From: Cirrosporium novae-zelandiae
Lineage: Eukaryota
DNA: 64,000 nucleotides
Reading direction: 5' to 3'
Assembly: GCA_026023565.1 (NCBI GenBank)
Contig: JAPETS010000040.1
Span: forward strand, 1 to 64,000
Shown here one piece after another: positions 35,210-50,118 of this stretch (within the stretch, counting starts at the first letter, position 1; each line of letters opens with the position of its first letter). Position numbers and translations under genes: made by a program. Under the pieces are notes generated by a model, which saw nothing but the letters and a program-made list of their open reading frames with translations, was not told where the DNA came from and made no database searches.

Positions 35210-37569
35210 TCAATCACAATCATCCCTCTCCTTCTCCCTCTCCCTCAACATCTCAACCCCAATCTCCCTCATCTTAAACTTCTGCACCTTCCCACTCGCA
35301 GTCTTCGGAAACTCGTTTACAAAAAACACATACCGGGGTACCAAATGATGACTCAACCCCGCCCTTACCCATTTCCTCACATCTTCCTCTTCCTTCTCCC
35401 CCCTCTTCCAACCCCCACCATTCCCACCCTCACACTTGGGATTACAAATAACAAAAGCACCCACCACCTCCCCATATCTCTCATCCGGAATCCCCACAAC
35501 CGAAACGTCAGAAACCAAGGGATAAGAAAGGATTCGGTTTTCGATTTCTAGAGGGTGGATGTTTTCGCCGCCGCGGATTATTAGGTCTTTTAGGCGGTTG
35601 GTTATTTTTAGGTGGCCGTGGGGGGTTAGGGTGCCTTCGTCGCCGGTCTGGATTGGGGCGTTAGTGAGGGGGGAATAATGGGATATGGGGATATGGGGAT
35701 GGGGGATATGAGGGAATTAGGGATATGAGAAAATTGGGGAAGGTGGGGACTTTTTGTAGGATTGAGTTTGTTTTGTTTTGGTGTTTGTGTTGGAGGTATT
35801 TCATTCATCTGTCTTGGACGTGGGCTAGCCCCCGTGGATAATGGGTGGATATGTTCCGAGGATTTGAAGGAGGGATAAATACTTACATGCATCCACACCT
35901 TCCCTGCTTTATCTGGTATTAAAACATCCGTTGTCTGTTCCTCATCATTCCAATACTCCTTCATAATCAAATACCCACTCACAGCCACCTCCCCCTTCTC
36001 CCCAACCGGCAAAATCTTCTCCTTGTGCCCCGGATCCACAACCTTAACCTCTACATGCGGCAACGGCCTGCCCACGCTCTCCAACCGCATCCGCAACGGA
36101 TCATCCGTCGTCGTCATTGCAGAAACAGGAGACGTTTCCGTCATTCCATAGCAGATGGTAAGATCGGTAAGATTTAACCGCGAATGCAGCTTTTGCATGA
36201 GAGCCGCGGGAATGGAACTTCCGGCTGCGATGCCGGTGCGCAATTGTTCGAAGCCTGTTTGCTTGACGGTGCCGTTTTCAAGGAGGTCGAGTTCGGAGAC
36301 GAACATGGTCGGGACGCCGTATAGGGCTGTGCATTTCTCTTTTTGGATGGCGTGGAGTGCTGCTAGGGGATTGAATGCTTCGGATGGAAAAACGATGCAG
36401 GAACCGTGTGTGGCTGTGGCCATGTACCCGAGAATAGAACCGAAACAGTGGAACAGGGGAGGTGGACAGCAGACGATGGATTTGGGTGTCAGGAGAAGGC
36501 GGTCACCGATCTGGAACCCATTATTTAGGATGTTGCGATGGGTTAGGCAGGCGGCTTTTGGGGTGGACGTTGTCCCGGACGTAAATTGGATGTTTATGGT
36601 TTCGGTGGGGTGGAGATGGCTTAGAGGGACTGGCGAGTGGTGGGAACGGTGCGGGGAGGAGTGCTGGAGATTGTGAAAGGCGGTTGTCGCATAGAGATTG
36701 TGAGTGGGGATACGACCCGAGGAATTATCCAAAAGGACGAGGTGTCTAAGGGACGGGATAAGTTCGGAGGTGAGAGTGTGCCGGTGAATGGAGGGAATCA
36801 AGTGTTTGAGGAGAGGTAGGTTGGAACGGGGAGGTTTGTGCGGCAGGTTGGTCTCGACGTCGATGATAAGGTACGAGGCTCCAAGGTGGTTCAGGGCCGA
36901 AGATACCTGCGCAGCGTTAAATGCAGGATTGAGAGGGACCTAAAACGTCTCGCAATTAGGTATCTTCTCATCGAATGCAATAAAGGGTGATGCATATCGG
37001 CAACAAACCAGTAAGGCCCCGAGCTTGAATAACGCATATGTTGCCTGTGTTCATTGTTAGAAAATCAACAAAGTCTCAATATTCTATCGCACCGTACAAC
37101 AGCGTACTCGATATTATTCCCCAATGAGACAGCGACGCGATCACCCTTTTTGACGCCTATACTGGTCAACCCATGTGCCAGAGAGTTGCTTTTCCGGTCT
37201 AGTTGGTCGTATGTGACGCGTTGATTTTGGTGAGAGGATACCACGCTTCCCGAGATTTGATGTCAGATTCGTTCTCATTCCGCAGACAAAAGGTTCAGAA
37301 AGTGGTTAGGTCAAAGAAAACATACGCGGTTCTATCCCCATATTTGGATACGATCGAAGCAAAATGTTCGGGAATGGTTTGTTCCAGCAATGGAGGCTGC
37401 ACACAAATTCATATCAATTGTCGTACATCTCCTGAAAATATCAATTATAAAAACGTCCTCTTACTGTTTTGGGGCCTCTGCTATACGACTCGGTCAACAA
37501 TCCGCGTCTCTGGATTGGATACTGGAAGATACTGCGCCGGCGGGCGCAAAGAGTAAGAACGCGACACAT
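35210..37569 (-). CDS. Acyl-CoA synthetase / AMP-binding enzyme (ACSF2-like, probably mitochondrial); 6 exons
   Basis: MCRVLTLCARRR presequence; GVKKGDRVAV, NIQFTSGTTSTPK, CYGMTETSP, WMH|TGD, KDLIIRGGENI, FPKTASGKVQK. Last intron 35886-35648. Confidence 0.9.
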
Positions 37570-38161
37570 CTTGGGACTTCATGACAGGAGAAAACCAGAA
37601 ACTGGAAAGGTCGAAAAACTGGTTATTGATAAATTGGAGGATGTTGTGATATTGTTGGGAAGAGTGAAAGTGTGGGGTAGGGTGTTGAAAATCGATATGC
37701 GGGGAAAATCAGGGGTCCCTCGGTTCTGGAGTGGTTCTGGATTCTGGTGTAACTGGTCCCTGTGTCCCCCACGCCATGCCTTGAAAATATGCAATGTCAG
37801 GGGAGAGAAAAAGCAAAGAAAGTAAAGCCAGGAAAAAGAAATTCTCGAATCCAACGCTGCTCTTATTAACACGGACTTAACTGTACTAAAAATGGGTAAG
37901 TCGTACATTTCTCATAACGCTGTCTTCCTACCTTCCAGTGTATATATGTCTTGATATCCTGTTAACATAACATAATAATGTACACCAGCCTACTTTTAGT
38001 CATAGACCAAAGTGATGCCTACCTCTATACCCAAACCAGAGGTATCATCTCTCAAACGCCACAAGAGCCACAAATAAAACATCAGCTAGCCAACACGTCA
38101 TGGCCCAAAAATTCAACTCGAGATAGAACCATTCCATAGGAATGGTGTTTGCATTAATGTC

Positions 38162-39610
<1,449 letters not shown>

Positions 39611-41835
39611 TGGGATAATGTGGTAATTATCTTTCCTCCATTCTGAACGAGAACGAAAGAAGGCGAAAAGGGTCCTCAACCCGTGTTGCTTCGGTGGTGA
39701 ATGCGATGTCTGCTTCCCTAGAAAGCATCTTGGCATACTAGTGGGGGGGATCCAAAAAAGAGGGCGCCAAAGCGGCTCTCGATGACATAGACAGATACGT
39801 GGGATAGACCTTTTATCGGAATAGTAAATTTATTCTCGCTTCGTTTCATCCATTGATTTTCTTTGATTGTTTTCCTACTTGTACATGATGCATCTACTAT
39901 CTATCAAGGTTTCATCATCCAGGGATAGCCGGTTTTGCTGTTGTAATTAAGTAAGAATTCGTACATATCCGGATCAAAGGTAAATCGTTGCTACTGATTG
40001 TCTTCCGACTTTGAGGGTCACGAACCCTTACGATTCACGAACCGTTCCACCCGCATTACCAACCGTAGTATGGGGGACCCCGAAGGTTCGAGCTCATCAA
40101 TCTCAGATCATGCCACAGGAACCAGGCAGGAAACGGGATAAGGAGTAAGAGCATCTATCCCGTTACGGAAATACATTAATTCGGAAAACAATGTGCTCAG
40201 TCCGGAGAAACAACAGCATTTAGTCAGACCGTATCTACTAAGACTACTACAAATCACACCAATGCATTCTCTAATCGAACCATTGAATTTTTATATTAGA
40301 AGGTTGAACTTATCCAACGACTTTTGGAAGGGATAAGCTGATGGCAAATTGAAGCCAAAGACCGGTGGCGAAAATCTACCTGGAAATGCCGCATCCGTGA
40401 ATAACACCGGTAATTGGTATAGGAAGACGTTGTAGCAAAATAAGGTTAAGGAGCGTTTCAATATTTGATTCGATCCACGGTCGGCATCTAAACTGTTAGA
40501 AAGATCCCTGGACACACTGCCTAGCTAGTGATGAAGACCTTATTTCTTCAAGAAAATTGACCCGGCTTTGCATTTTTTGCATAAAATGGCAGCTCACTAG
40601 CTTTTGGAGCGGACTATCTCTATGTTACTACTAGTTTTATACATTCATTACAGTAGGTTAACAATTCCAGACTAGGGGATGATAGCTAGGATAATTGATT
40701 CTCTCTACATGTTTATCTTATTTGGTCATTGCTTGCCTGCTGTATCTGAAACTCATAATTTTTAAAATTCAGAATCCGTGCCGTTGTTCAAGGGCATCTC
40801 AAGATGCTAGATTTAATGAAGCTAGCAGATGGGAATTAAGTAGTGATCCCAACGTTAGGGGGCATCGAGGGAAACTGCGGGAGCCAGTGGTACCACTGGA
40901 TATATGAAAATGAGTACATCGATGGGCTAGCAATTCAAGATCTTGATGCAATAACCGGTCGCCGCGGCTGATCGACCAAATCAGTCTGCCCATAAGAAGT
41001 TCATGCTCATTCTATAGGATTAGATTGCATAGGTTTATATAATCTTACTATTATGTACCTAGGTATGTAAACAAAAGCTGGCTATCTTCGGGGTGACCCA
41101 TCGTCCTAGTAACCCCTATCCAGACATGGTCCTTATAAGTTAGAGATTGGTTGTCATTTTATTGTTACGGACTGACGTGAACATTACTTGTGAAAAGCAT
41201 AGGATCTTGGGGTGAATGATCTATCTGCTACAAAGCACAGTAATAAAGGTTCGTTGAAGATATTACTCGGGAATGGCGCCTCTTTCAAGTTATTAACCTG
41301 TAGATCTAACTTGATGGTTGACGTCAAGTGCACTAATCAAAAGGGGAAATCGAATTAATTAATTATACCTCAAAGCATCGATATATCTTGATGTAATTAG
41401 GGAAGCTTGGAATGGTCTATAAAATCATAGACATGCTGCACGAAGTTTTGAATATTATGGACGTTTGAATACGCTTCCATTTAACATGGCGGGACAAGAT
41501 TCTGATCGATTAGGTCGGCATAAATCTAGCCACATGGCTGTTTAAAACACATCCTTGTTAGCACAACAGGTGTTGCAATGCAGGTTACCCATGAGACCAG
41601 TATGACCTGGCAACTCCCATATCCCAATCATACACTCCGCCTGTTTAATTGTGTTTATATGTACAGAACCCAATACACTTCCACGTACCATACCGGGATT
41701 GGCACCATTTCTTCGTCCAGGTTCTCAAATGCCGCCATGATCATAAACCGATGTCCAGTGGCCGATTCGAATGGTCCCGAAAATCTCAGCAACTAATATC
41801 ACCGATTTATTAAAGCGATGTTGGCATGTATCTTC

Positions 41836-42649
41836 TCAACCTCGGCTGTGTGTATTCAGGATCAAAGCTACAATCAGTCTAGAATAGGGTTAGCGGTAGG
41901 ATCGTAGAGAGCAGATAATAATATAAAACGAACCCGTATAGACCCAAAACTTCACCAAAAATCAATATCAAGACCATGCCAACAAATATTCGTGATTGCT
42001 GCATGTATGAACGAACACCCTTGAGAACCAGTTAGCTTTGATGGCTTGACCCGGTTACCCATCACAACTAACCATATCTCCAACCACTCCGATTGCGTAT
42101 CCAGCAGCAAGACCCGTCAGGCCTACCGATAGGCCACAAGCTAAATGCATAAAGCCACTATCAGAGACACATTAGCATAAGTATGTCACGATTATTTATT
42201 GTGTAGCAGTACTTAAAAAGACTGTATGACTGTCCTGGAGGTGGTCCCATATCTCCTGCAATCAACACGGCTACTACCAACGAGTATACCGCTATAATAC
42301 CAGCCATAACGACTGGAATCAGACACTAATTCCTAGTAAGCACTGACACCTGCAAATAATCAACAACAATGTCGTACTTTCATGATCAGGTCAGGTCGAA
42401 AGGTTCCAACTCCAGCGATTCCGATTCCTGACTTGGCCGTTCCATATGCGGCACCGATGGCTACAAACTTCTTGTAAGATAGATTTTCTAGAAAATCCGT
42501 CGAGATGTGACAACATACAACCGAATATCATGGCAGAGGCTATTCCAGCCTGAGGAAGAGTTAGCTAGTCGATCGTGTCCATGAGGGTCGTTATCACCTA
42601 CCATGCCAAAGAAAGGCGCAAACTTGGGCGTTAATTCACTCTCGGCCAT
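41836..42649 (-). CDS. VMA11: V-ATPase V0 proteolipid subunit c'; 7 exons, absent from the ORF track
   Basis: Exons 42649-42602, 42549-42519, 42460-42378, 42325-42213, 42157-42073, 42019-41934, 41878-41836 splice to [63 protein letters not shown]...[23 protein letters not shown]. Confidence 0.95.
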
Positions 42650-43545
42650 ATTGAATAGAAGAAAATTTCAAGGGAGTCTCCAAAGTGAAGGAAATTAAAG
42701 AAGGGTGGTTGGCTTGTCGTTGGCCTGGCGAGTATAAAGCTTCAGGTTGGCGTAGTGCATAGATGGGATTCTAGCTACCTGGGTATCCAGAGCAGAGGGT
42801 CAATTTCGCCTACAGCTGCTAGTTGGGAACTGGGAGAGAGACAAGGTTTCCTGCACGTGATTCCAGGGTTTCAGTACAACCCAATTGCTTTCGCGGTCGC
42901 AATGAAGAGCCATGTGAAAGTAAAATCTATCACCAAGCAAACTAATTCAACTTTGGCTATTTAGTATTCATGTACTTTTTATATTTCTTCAATGTTTTGG
43001 CATACAGTTCATAAGGGGATTTCAATGTTGTAGGAATTACGGAAGACCAAAAAGACGGGTGAAACATTCTCTCTCGGTTAACATCTGTCCGCCTTCATCT
43101 GCCTCCTCCAGCGATATGGAAAAGTGGTGAGCCTCAGCATCAACACCAAACACTACTAGAAAATCATCGGATGAATTTCGAGTCAATCACGCCGAAAAAC
43201 GAGAATCGATCGACGACCTTGCAATTTCACGTTTTTCCTGACCGTCATTGCGGATTGAGACTATCGCTGCGCGTATCTCATTCCCTTTGAATGAACTGAT
43301 CACACCCCGTGCATTCAGTTCAACCTGGACTGATGCTTGGAAAGATTATGGGCAGTTGACATTTAGAGACCTGATACGGCTCGACTCCTTTTGTCCATGA
43401 ATATCCCCCTCTCAAGAATACATACCCTTTAGAACTCTGATATTTTGCCATCGTCCGAACTCCTACCTTCTCGAAACGCCCAAACGTTTGAGATTGCGCA
43501 GTCTCTCCTGTATTATAATACAAAGTCGATGTCGTTGCAGTCACA

Positions 43546-46500
43546 ATGACTGAATACAGCACCCAACCCGGTCGAATCTATCGGCCTAATGGTCATGCAT
43601 CATCCATTCAACGAGATGCTGCGTTTTCGGACATTTTCGGGTCAGCGCCTCCTCCAGGACGCTCACAAACCATGACAAGTCAATCCCCCCATATGATTCC
43701 TGGTCGTACGCAGACGATGACATCTCAACCGACAAATGATCCTTCGATGCAAAGACCAGCTCCCATGCGACACCCGCAAACATATGGACCCCCTAACAAC
43801 TATCCACAGCAACAGAATCGATTTAATCCAGCTCCACAGCGAGTTCCAAATGGCTATCCACCTCCACAACACCAGCAACCTCCCCCAAACCGTCTTCCTC
43901 AACCGGTTTACCCAGATCGGAGGCCATACCCTCAGGCACAACGTATCGATCCCAGACAGAGTTTGCAGCAGCAAGTCCTTCAGAAACAACCTCCTCAGCG
44001 AGGACAAGGTCAAGATAATTTCCGATCATACTCATTGGCCTCTACGCCGCGGCCTATGTACCAAGGCCCTCCTCCTAATACTTACAACAACGCCTCTGCG
44101 GCCAGCTTTCGTCAACAACCATACCATTCAATGGCTTCAAGAACTACGGCGCAGGGAAGAATAGTACCAGAAAGACATGACGAGCGAGCGATGTCGATGA
44201 GCTCTTATTCTGTTGATCGAGATCACAATCAAACAATGAGTGGGCGAGTTATACCAAACAGATATCGCGAGTCTCAAGGATCTCAGCCTTTTGACCCGCG
44301 AGTTCCAGAACCGGTACCTCCCTCTGTAGCCCAAAGTACTACTGGATCTATGAGGACTGCTAGTATAACCAGTTCAAGGACCATGTCTATGGCCTCTACA
44401 ATCATGCTCTCGCCTTCGGAGCGGACTGATTCTATGAAACAGCAGCCTTCCCTACACAAGTCGAATAGCTCTTCAACCACGATTGCTACAACTCAACGAA
44501 AGAAACCAATTGTTTATCCTGCTTTGCTGTCGCGTGTAGCAGAAATCTTTGCGACCCGAATGACTGTTGGAGATCGTACGAAAAACGATCTAACCTACAA
44601 GAGCGGATTTACGGGCGCTGAAGCTGTAGACTTGATCGCCTACATCATCAAAACAAATGATCGAAATCTAGCTCTTCTGCTAGGTCGATCACTTGATGCA
44701 CAAAAGTTTTTTCATGACGTGACATATGATCACCGGTTGCGAGATTCTCCCCACGAGGTTTATCAATTCAGAAACGCCATGGGCGAGGAAGCTTCGGATC
44801 GGTCCTCCGAAGTCAATGGTGTTTTTACTCTCCTAACCGAATGCTACTCTCCAACATGCAGCCCTTCGCAGCTCTGCTATTCGATCGCATGCCCAAGGCG
44901 ACTGGAGCAGCAGGCGAGGCTTAACAACCTTAAGCCTCAGCCTGTCTTGAAACGTGTAGAATCGAGGTCAAGTCTTCACGATGGAGACAGTGATGAGCAA
45001 AAGCTTTGGATCAATAGTGTACCCAAAGAAGTAGCCGAGAAGGTTGGAGACAAGGAGAAGAAGAGACAGGAAGTTATTTCTGAGCTCATGTACACAGAAA
45101 GAGATTTCGTTAAGGATTTGGAGTATCTCCGAGACTTTTGGATGAAACCGTTGAGGTCAAACAATTCGCCAATACCCGAACACCGACGAGAAATGTTTGT
45201 TCGGACTGTCTTTTCGAACTGTATAGACGTCTTGGGTGTCAACTCGAAATTTGCCGAGTCTTTGACCCGGCGACAGCAAGAAGATCCGGTGGTAAAAAAT
45301 GTTGGCGACATTTTCCTGCAATACGTTCCCAAGTTCCATCCATTCATTCAGTATGGTGCAAATCAACTCTATGGGAAATGGCAATTTGAAAAGGAACGAG
45401 CAGCAAATCCGGCTTTTACTAGATTTGTGGATGAGACTGAGCGGCTAAAGGAATCCCGAAAACTAGAATTGAATGGTTATTTGACAAAGCCAACAACAAG
45501 GTTGGCACGTTATCCGTTGCTCTTGGAGAACGTGTTGAAGCATACCGCCGACGACAATCCTGATAAGGAAGATATTCCTAAAGCTGTGGCTATCATTAGG
45601 GATTTCCTTGGAAAAGTCAACATCGAATCTGGTAAAGCTGAAAACCATTTCAACTTGATGCAGCTAAACCAGAACTTGAAATGGAGCCCGGGAGAGGAAG
45701 TAGACCTCAAGCTCGAGGACGACAATCGCCAGCTGATCTTCAAAACAGTGCTCAAGAAGAGTGACAACGCGGAGGTGACGTGCTACGTTTTGGATCACGC
45801 TATTTTGCTTGTAAGGGTCAAGACGATCAACAAGAAAGAGGAGATCAAGGTCTACAGAAGGCCAATACCGTTGGAACTCTTGATCATCCTCCAAATGGAA
45901 GAAATCATTCCGAAAGCGGGTATCACGAAACGCCCTACCATCCCCAAGGCGGCTACAAATAACGCTTCTGCAAAGGAAGGGCATCCCATCACCTTTAGGC
46001 ACATAGGAAAACGTGGATACGAGGTCACACTCTTTGCTACATCCCATGTCGCTCGTCGCAAATTGATGGAGCATATCGAGGCTCAACAAAGCAAACTTAA
46101 AGAGCGGAGCAACATCTACAGCCAAACTATTTTATCTGAAGGCTTCTTTACGATTATAAACAGGCTGAACTGTCTCTGTCCAATTGGTAAGTATATCCAC
46201 CAGTTCTTTGAGGCTGTACTGATTTTGCTCTAGATGGTGGACGGAAACTGGTCTATGGAACCGATAATGGCATCTATGTATCTGACAGGAAACCTCACGA
46301 GCAGCTAAGCAAGCCAAGACAGGTACTCGAGATTGGTCAGGTGACTCAAGTAGACGCCCTAGAAGAGTATCAAATTTTGTTGGTTATTGCCAACAAAACG
46401 TTGTACACCTATTCTATGGAAGCCCTGCTGGAGTCATCCTCAGATAGTCTCCTGAAACGTCCGAGGAAGATTCAAAGTCATACTAATTTCTTTAAGACTG

Positions 46501-47273
46501 GATTTTCTTCTGGTCGTCATCTTGTTTGCTGCGTCAAAAACAGCACTTCGACCACTGTCAAGGTTTATGAACCCACCGAGCAAGCGCCTAGAGCCAATCG
46601 GAGACCTGCTTTTGCAAGAATGTTCCAAGGTGGTCAAGAGACTCTCAAGCTATTCAAGGTTCGTATGCAAGTGTCAATACATGTCCATAAAGTTAACCAA
46701 TCCCTAGGAATTTTACATACCGGTCGAATCTTCTTCTTTGCATTTCTTGAGGTCAAAACTCTGTGTTGGTTGTGCCCGTGGCTTTGAAGTTGTCAGCCTT
46801 GAAACGCTTGAAACGCAATCGCTTCTGGATGCGGCTGACACCTCATTGGACTTTGTTGCTGAAAAGGGACATATCAAACCTGTTCACATTGAGCGACTCA
46901 ACGATGTGGGCGAGTTCTTACTCAACTATTCGGACTTTTCTTTCTTTGTAAACCGTCACGGATGGCGGGCACGTCCGGATTGGAGAATCATGTGGGAAGG
47001 TCAACCACAGGCTTTTGCTCTTTCAGACCCCTATATATTGGCTTTTGAACCGAGCTTTATCGAGATAAGACATATTGAAACAAGTTCGATGGTTCATATA
47101 CTAACGGCCAAAAATATCCGGATGCTTCACGCATCAACCCGAGAGGTATGCCGACCGAAACAATGTTTGTCACATGTGCTAACTGAAATTAGATTTTGTA
47201 TGCCTATGAAGATGATAATGGAGATGATGTTGTTATTAGTCTCGACTTTTGGAGCAAGAAACAATCAGATTAA
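43546..47273 (+). CDS. ROM2: Rho1 guanine nucleotide exchange factor (DEP-DH-PH-CNH); 4 exons
   Basis: PIVYPALLSRVA, DRNLALLLGRSLDAQKFFHDV, KRQEVISELMYTERDFV, KPTTRLARYPLLL, CNH domain. Introns 46187-46233, 46659-46707, 47146-47192. Confidence 0.95.
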
Positions 47274-48479
47274 ACCCATAGAGGAATTAGACCGACAAAC
47301 AAACGACAACTTTGGGACTCAAGGTATGCAACTTCTCTTCCTATATAGAGATTGTTACGCCTTTCTCCCCAAATAACCGTGAATGGCTGCTTGGGCATTC
47401 TTCACAGTAGTTAGGGCAATTGATTTGAATGTACATTGTGTATATATGCTGAGGAAGAGGATCCTGGGTTTTGTCACTTTGGATGGAGACATGAAAGATT
47501 ATTTCTTGCATTCTCCTTGGGCAATTGGCACTTGATAAGATGCACACTTGGGAGTAATGAAGTACAGTTTCTACTTTTGTTTAGCGTCTCTTTGTTATAT
47601 GATTCGGATGGATTACATCTCGAGAGTGTGGTTATATATTTCCTATGATGCCTCTCTTTTCTAAGAATGTGCCAATATCAAACTCATGTCCTCAAGGTCT
47701 ACCCGCCCTAGGATATATGCCGTGGGTTTGCTCCAGTCGACTCACCCACCTGTGGATCCTTTCAAAATTACAGGTTTGAAAGGATTGAAAAAAAAACAAG
47801 TCCAGTTTCCTCTCGAGAGAGTGGGTAGTGTGACATGATTATGGGTTAGTGGTATTTCGCGAGACTTGAATTTTATACCCTTGGAATATATTTTTTGCGT
47901 TATAGTTTAATTAGATGTGCCGGCACAGCTGAATTCTATGTCTGTCAATGTCTCTCCGGTCAATATTTCCAGTTAATATCTCCAGTCAATATCTCCAATT
48001 TCTTCACTTCCTTCATACAACAATAACCAAAAAAAAAAAAAAAAACATTTAACTAATTATATTTGTTTGTTCTCCACTCTTTTATTGTTATTTGAATATA
48101 ATAATGTCCCTCTCTCTCTCTCTCTCTCTCTTTTTTTTTCAAGGAAATAGGATCAAGACATGCCAATTATTTGTTTGATTCTGATATTTGTATTTTGTAT
48201 TTTGTGTTGGTATTGGTATTGGTATTGGGGTTTCCTAATTAATGGGGAAGGGAAAGAAATAAAAGGATTTTTGTAGAGTATGTAGAGACAGAGATGGAGA
48301 TGGAGATGGATGTGGATGTGGATGTGGTTAAGAGGGAGGAAGGGAGGAGGCTCTTTTGTGGTGGTGGGTGGTGTGATGTGGGATATGTACTAAAAATATG
48401 GGGAGGGAGGGGGAGGGTGGTAGTTTTTTTGCATATGTTGTTTGTTGTACTGAAGGTATACGTATTATATTATATTTTC

Positions 48480-48557
48480 TTTCCTTTCCTTTCCTTTCCT
48501 TTCCTTTCCTTTCCTTTCCTTTCCTTTCCTTTCCTTTCCTTTCCTTTCCTTTCCTTT
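48480..48557. repeat. (TTTCC)15 microsatellite
   Basis: Perfect pentamer run. Confidence 0.97.
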
Positions 48558-49188
48558 GCTCATTACCCCATACCTTATATGTGCGTATTTTTACAAAACA
48601 ACAAGGGGGGATTTTTTTTATTAAGGAAAACAGAGGACATCGACTTATTGTCTGATCAATATTGTATTTTTTGTATTGGGTGTCCCTAATTAATGAAGGG
48701 GAGAAATAAACGAATGTCGTAGAGACGTAGAGACAGGTGGATATTTGGTTAAGAGGGAGAATGCAAAGAATATACCTGGCTCCCCTTTTTTTTTCACTTT
48801 CCATTTTCCACTCTGAGATCCCAATTAATCATCGCACAACGCATTGCATCACATGGCTGTATGTTTGTTATGTCATAACCAGCCCTAACTACCATTTCGT
48901 GCACAGCGCAAACAAAACAGGAGAGAGAAAAAATAAACATAAAAAAATCCATGCGCCCCGCCCCGGGTATCAATCATTCATTAGCTTCTTCCTTCCTTAC
49001 TCAGCCACATCACAGTTATCATAAGTTAGGGGGGGCATAGGCATATTCATCCACCAACGGTTTTTTGGTTTGGGTGCATAGTTCGTTTTCGAAGATTTAG
49101 GAAGCAATTGTGAATATGAATGTTGGTTGGCTTTGCTTTGTGTTGGACTGTTTGTCTGACGTGGTTATTGGGTTGAAGGGGAATATGT

Positions 49189-50118
49189 TTAGACTTGGCT
49201 TCTGCGGCCGTACCATCTGCGACGGTGAGAGGGGACACTGGAAGGGAGGGATTGTTAGTGAGAGTTTGGTGGGGTTTAAAGAAAATGGGAAAGGTGTGAG
49301 TGGGTTGGTGATAGGGGGTGGATTGGGGATCAATTGGGATCAAGAACGCATAAGACTGAGAGTCTTTCCCGGGGAGGTCCTCGAGATTTCAACGAAAGGG
49401 TTGAAGCTGATGAAATATGGAAACTTACGTATCAGCGGCAACAGGTCGACCGAGACGATGGTAGACGTAGACACCCTAGGAATTATAATTAGCTATTTCA
49501 TCATGCTATAATAGGCCCTTGAGCCTTGAAGATATTAACATACCAGCAATGCGCTAGCCAACCAGAAGATGGCAGACATGAAGCTAAAAGCCTCAGCAGC
49601 CTTCCATTTCCCGCAGTCACTTTTATCGGTAATGTTATGCCAATACCAAATTGAGCCACAGCTGAGGTGGTGGAGTTTATTAACAAGGATTCCGAATGCG
49701 GCGAACCAGGCGCATGTGAGGATAAAGTCCATGGGGTAGTGCAACATATTGCCGGTGAATGGGAGCATCCAGAACAAGGCGAGCAGGATAGACAGAGCTG
49801 CGATGACTTCGGTGTAGATGAAACGACCATAGGCGCCATATTCGGCGAGGTAGTGGCCAATGATGCCTACTACAACCTGTGGGAAGGTCAGTATAGTCTT
49901 AGAGATATCTCGAAAGTCCTATTCTAGTAAAATTGAGATGTATTCGCTCAACGGTCTCCAAGAGACGTTATGCGAAAATCCGAAAACTTGACGGGAATAT
50001 GTCCTCAAGTACAAGGTATATCGAGGATGCTTTAGAGTAGAATAAAAAAGTGACTTACCGCAGCAAAGGCAAACTCGCCCACACGGAGCAAAAAGGAGAT
50101 TAATCGTGAGATAATCAT
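49189..50118 (-). CDS. MARVEL-domain integral membrane protein; 4 exons
   Basis: Exons 50118-50059, 49876-49544, 49475-49429, 49237-49189: MIISRLISFLLRVGEFAFAAVVVGIIGHYL...GRFIYTEVIAALS...CGKWKAAEAFSFMSAIFW...RRRWYGRRSQV*. Four transmembrane segments. Confidence 0.85.

Noticed and set aside
41885..41893. TAGGGTTAG telomere-template match
   Set aside because: It is the GCTAAC branch site and pyrimidine tract of the last VMA11 intron.
43586..46125. Many antisense or nested ORFs inside ROM2 (likewise inside FMT1, PTK2, OCH1, CYS2 and the DUF4336 gene)
   Set aside because: Shadow frames of well-supported genes.
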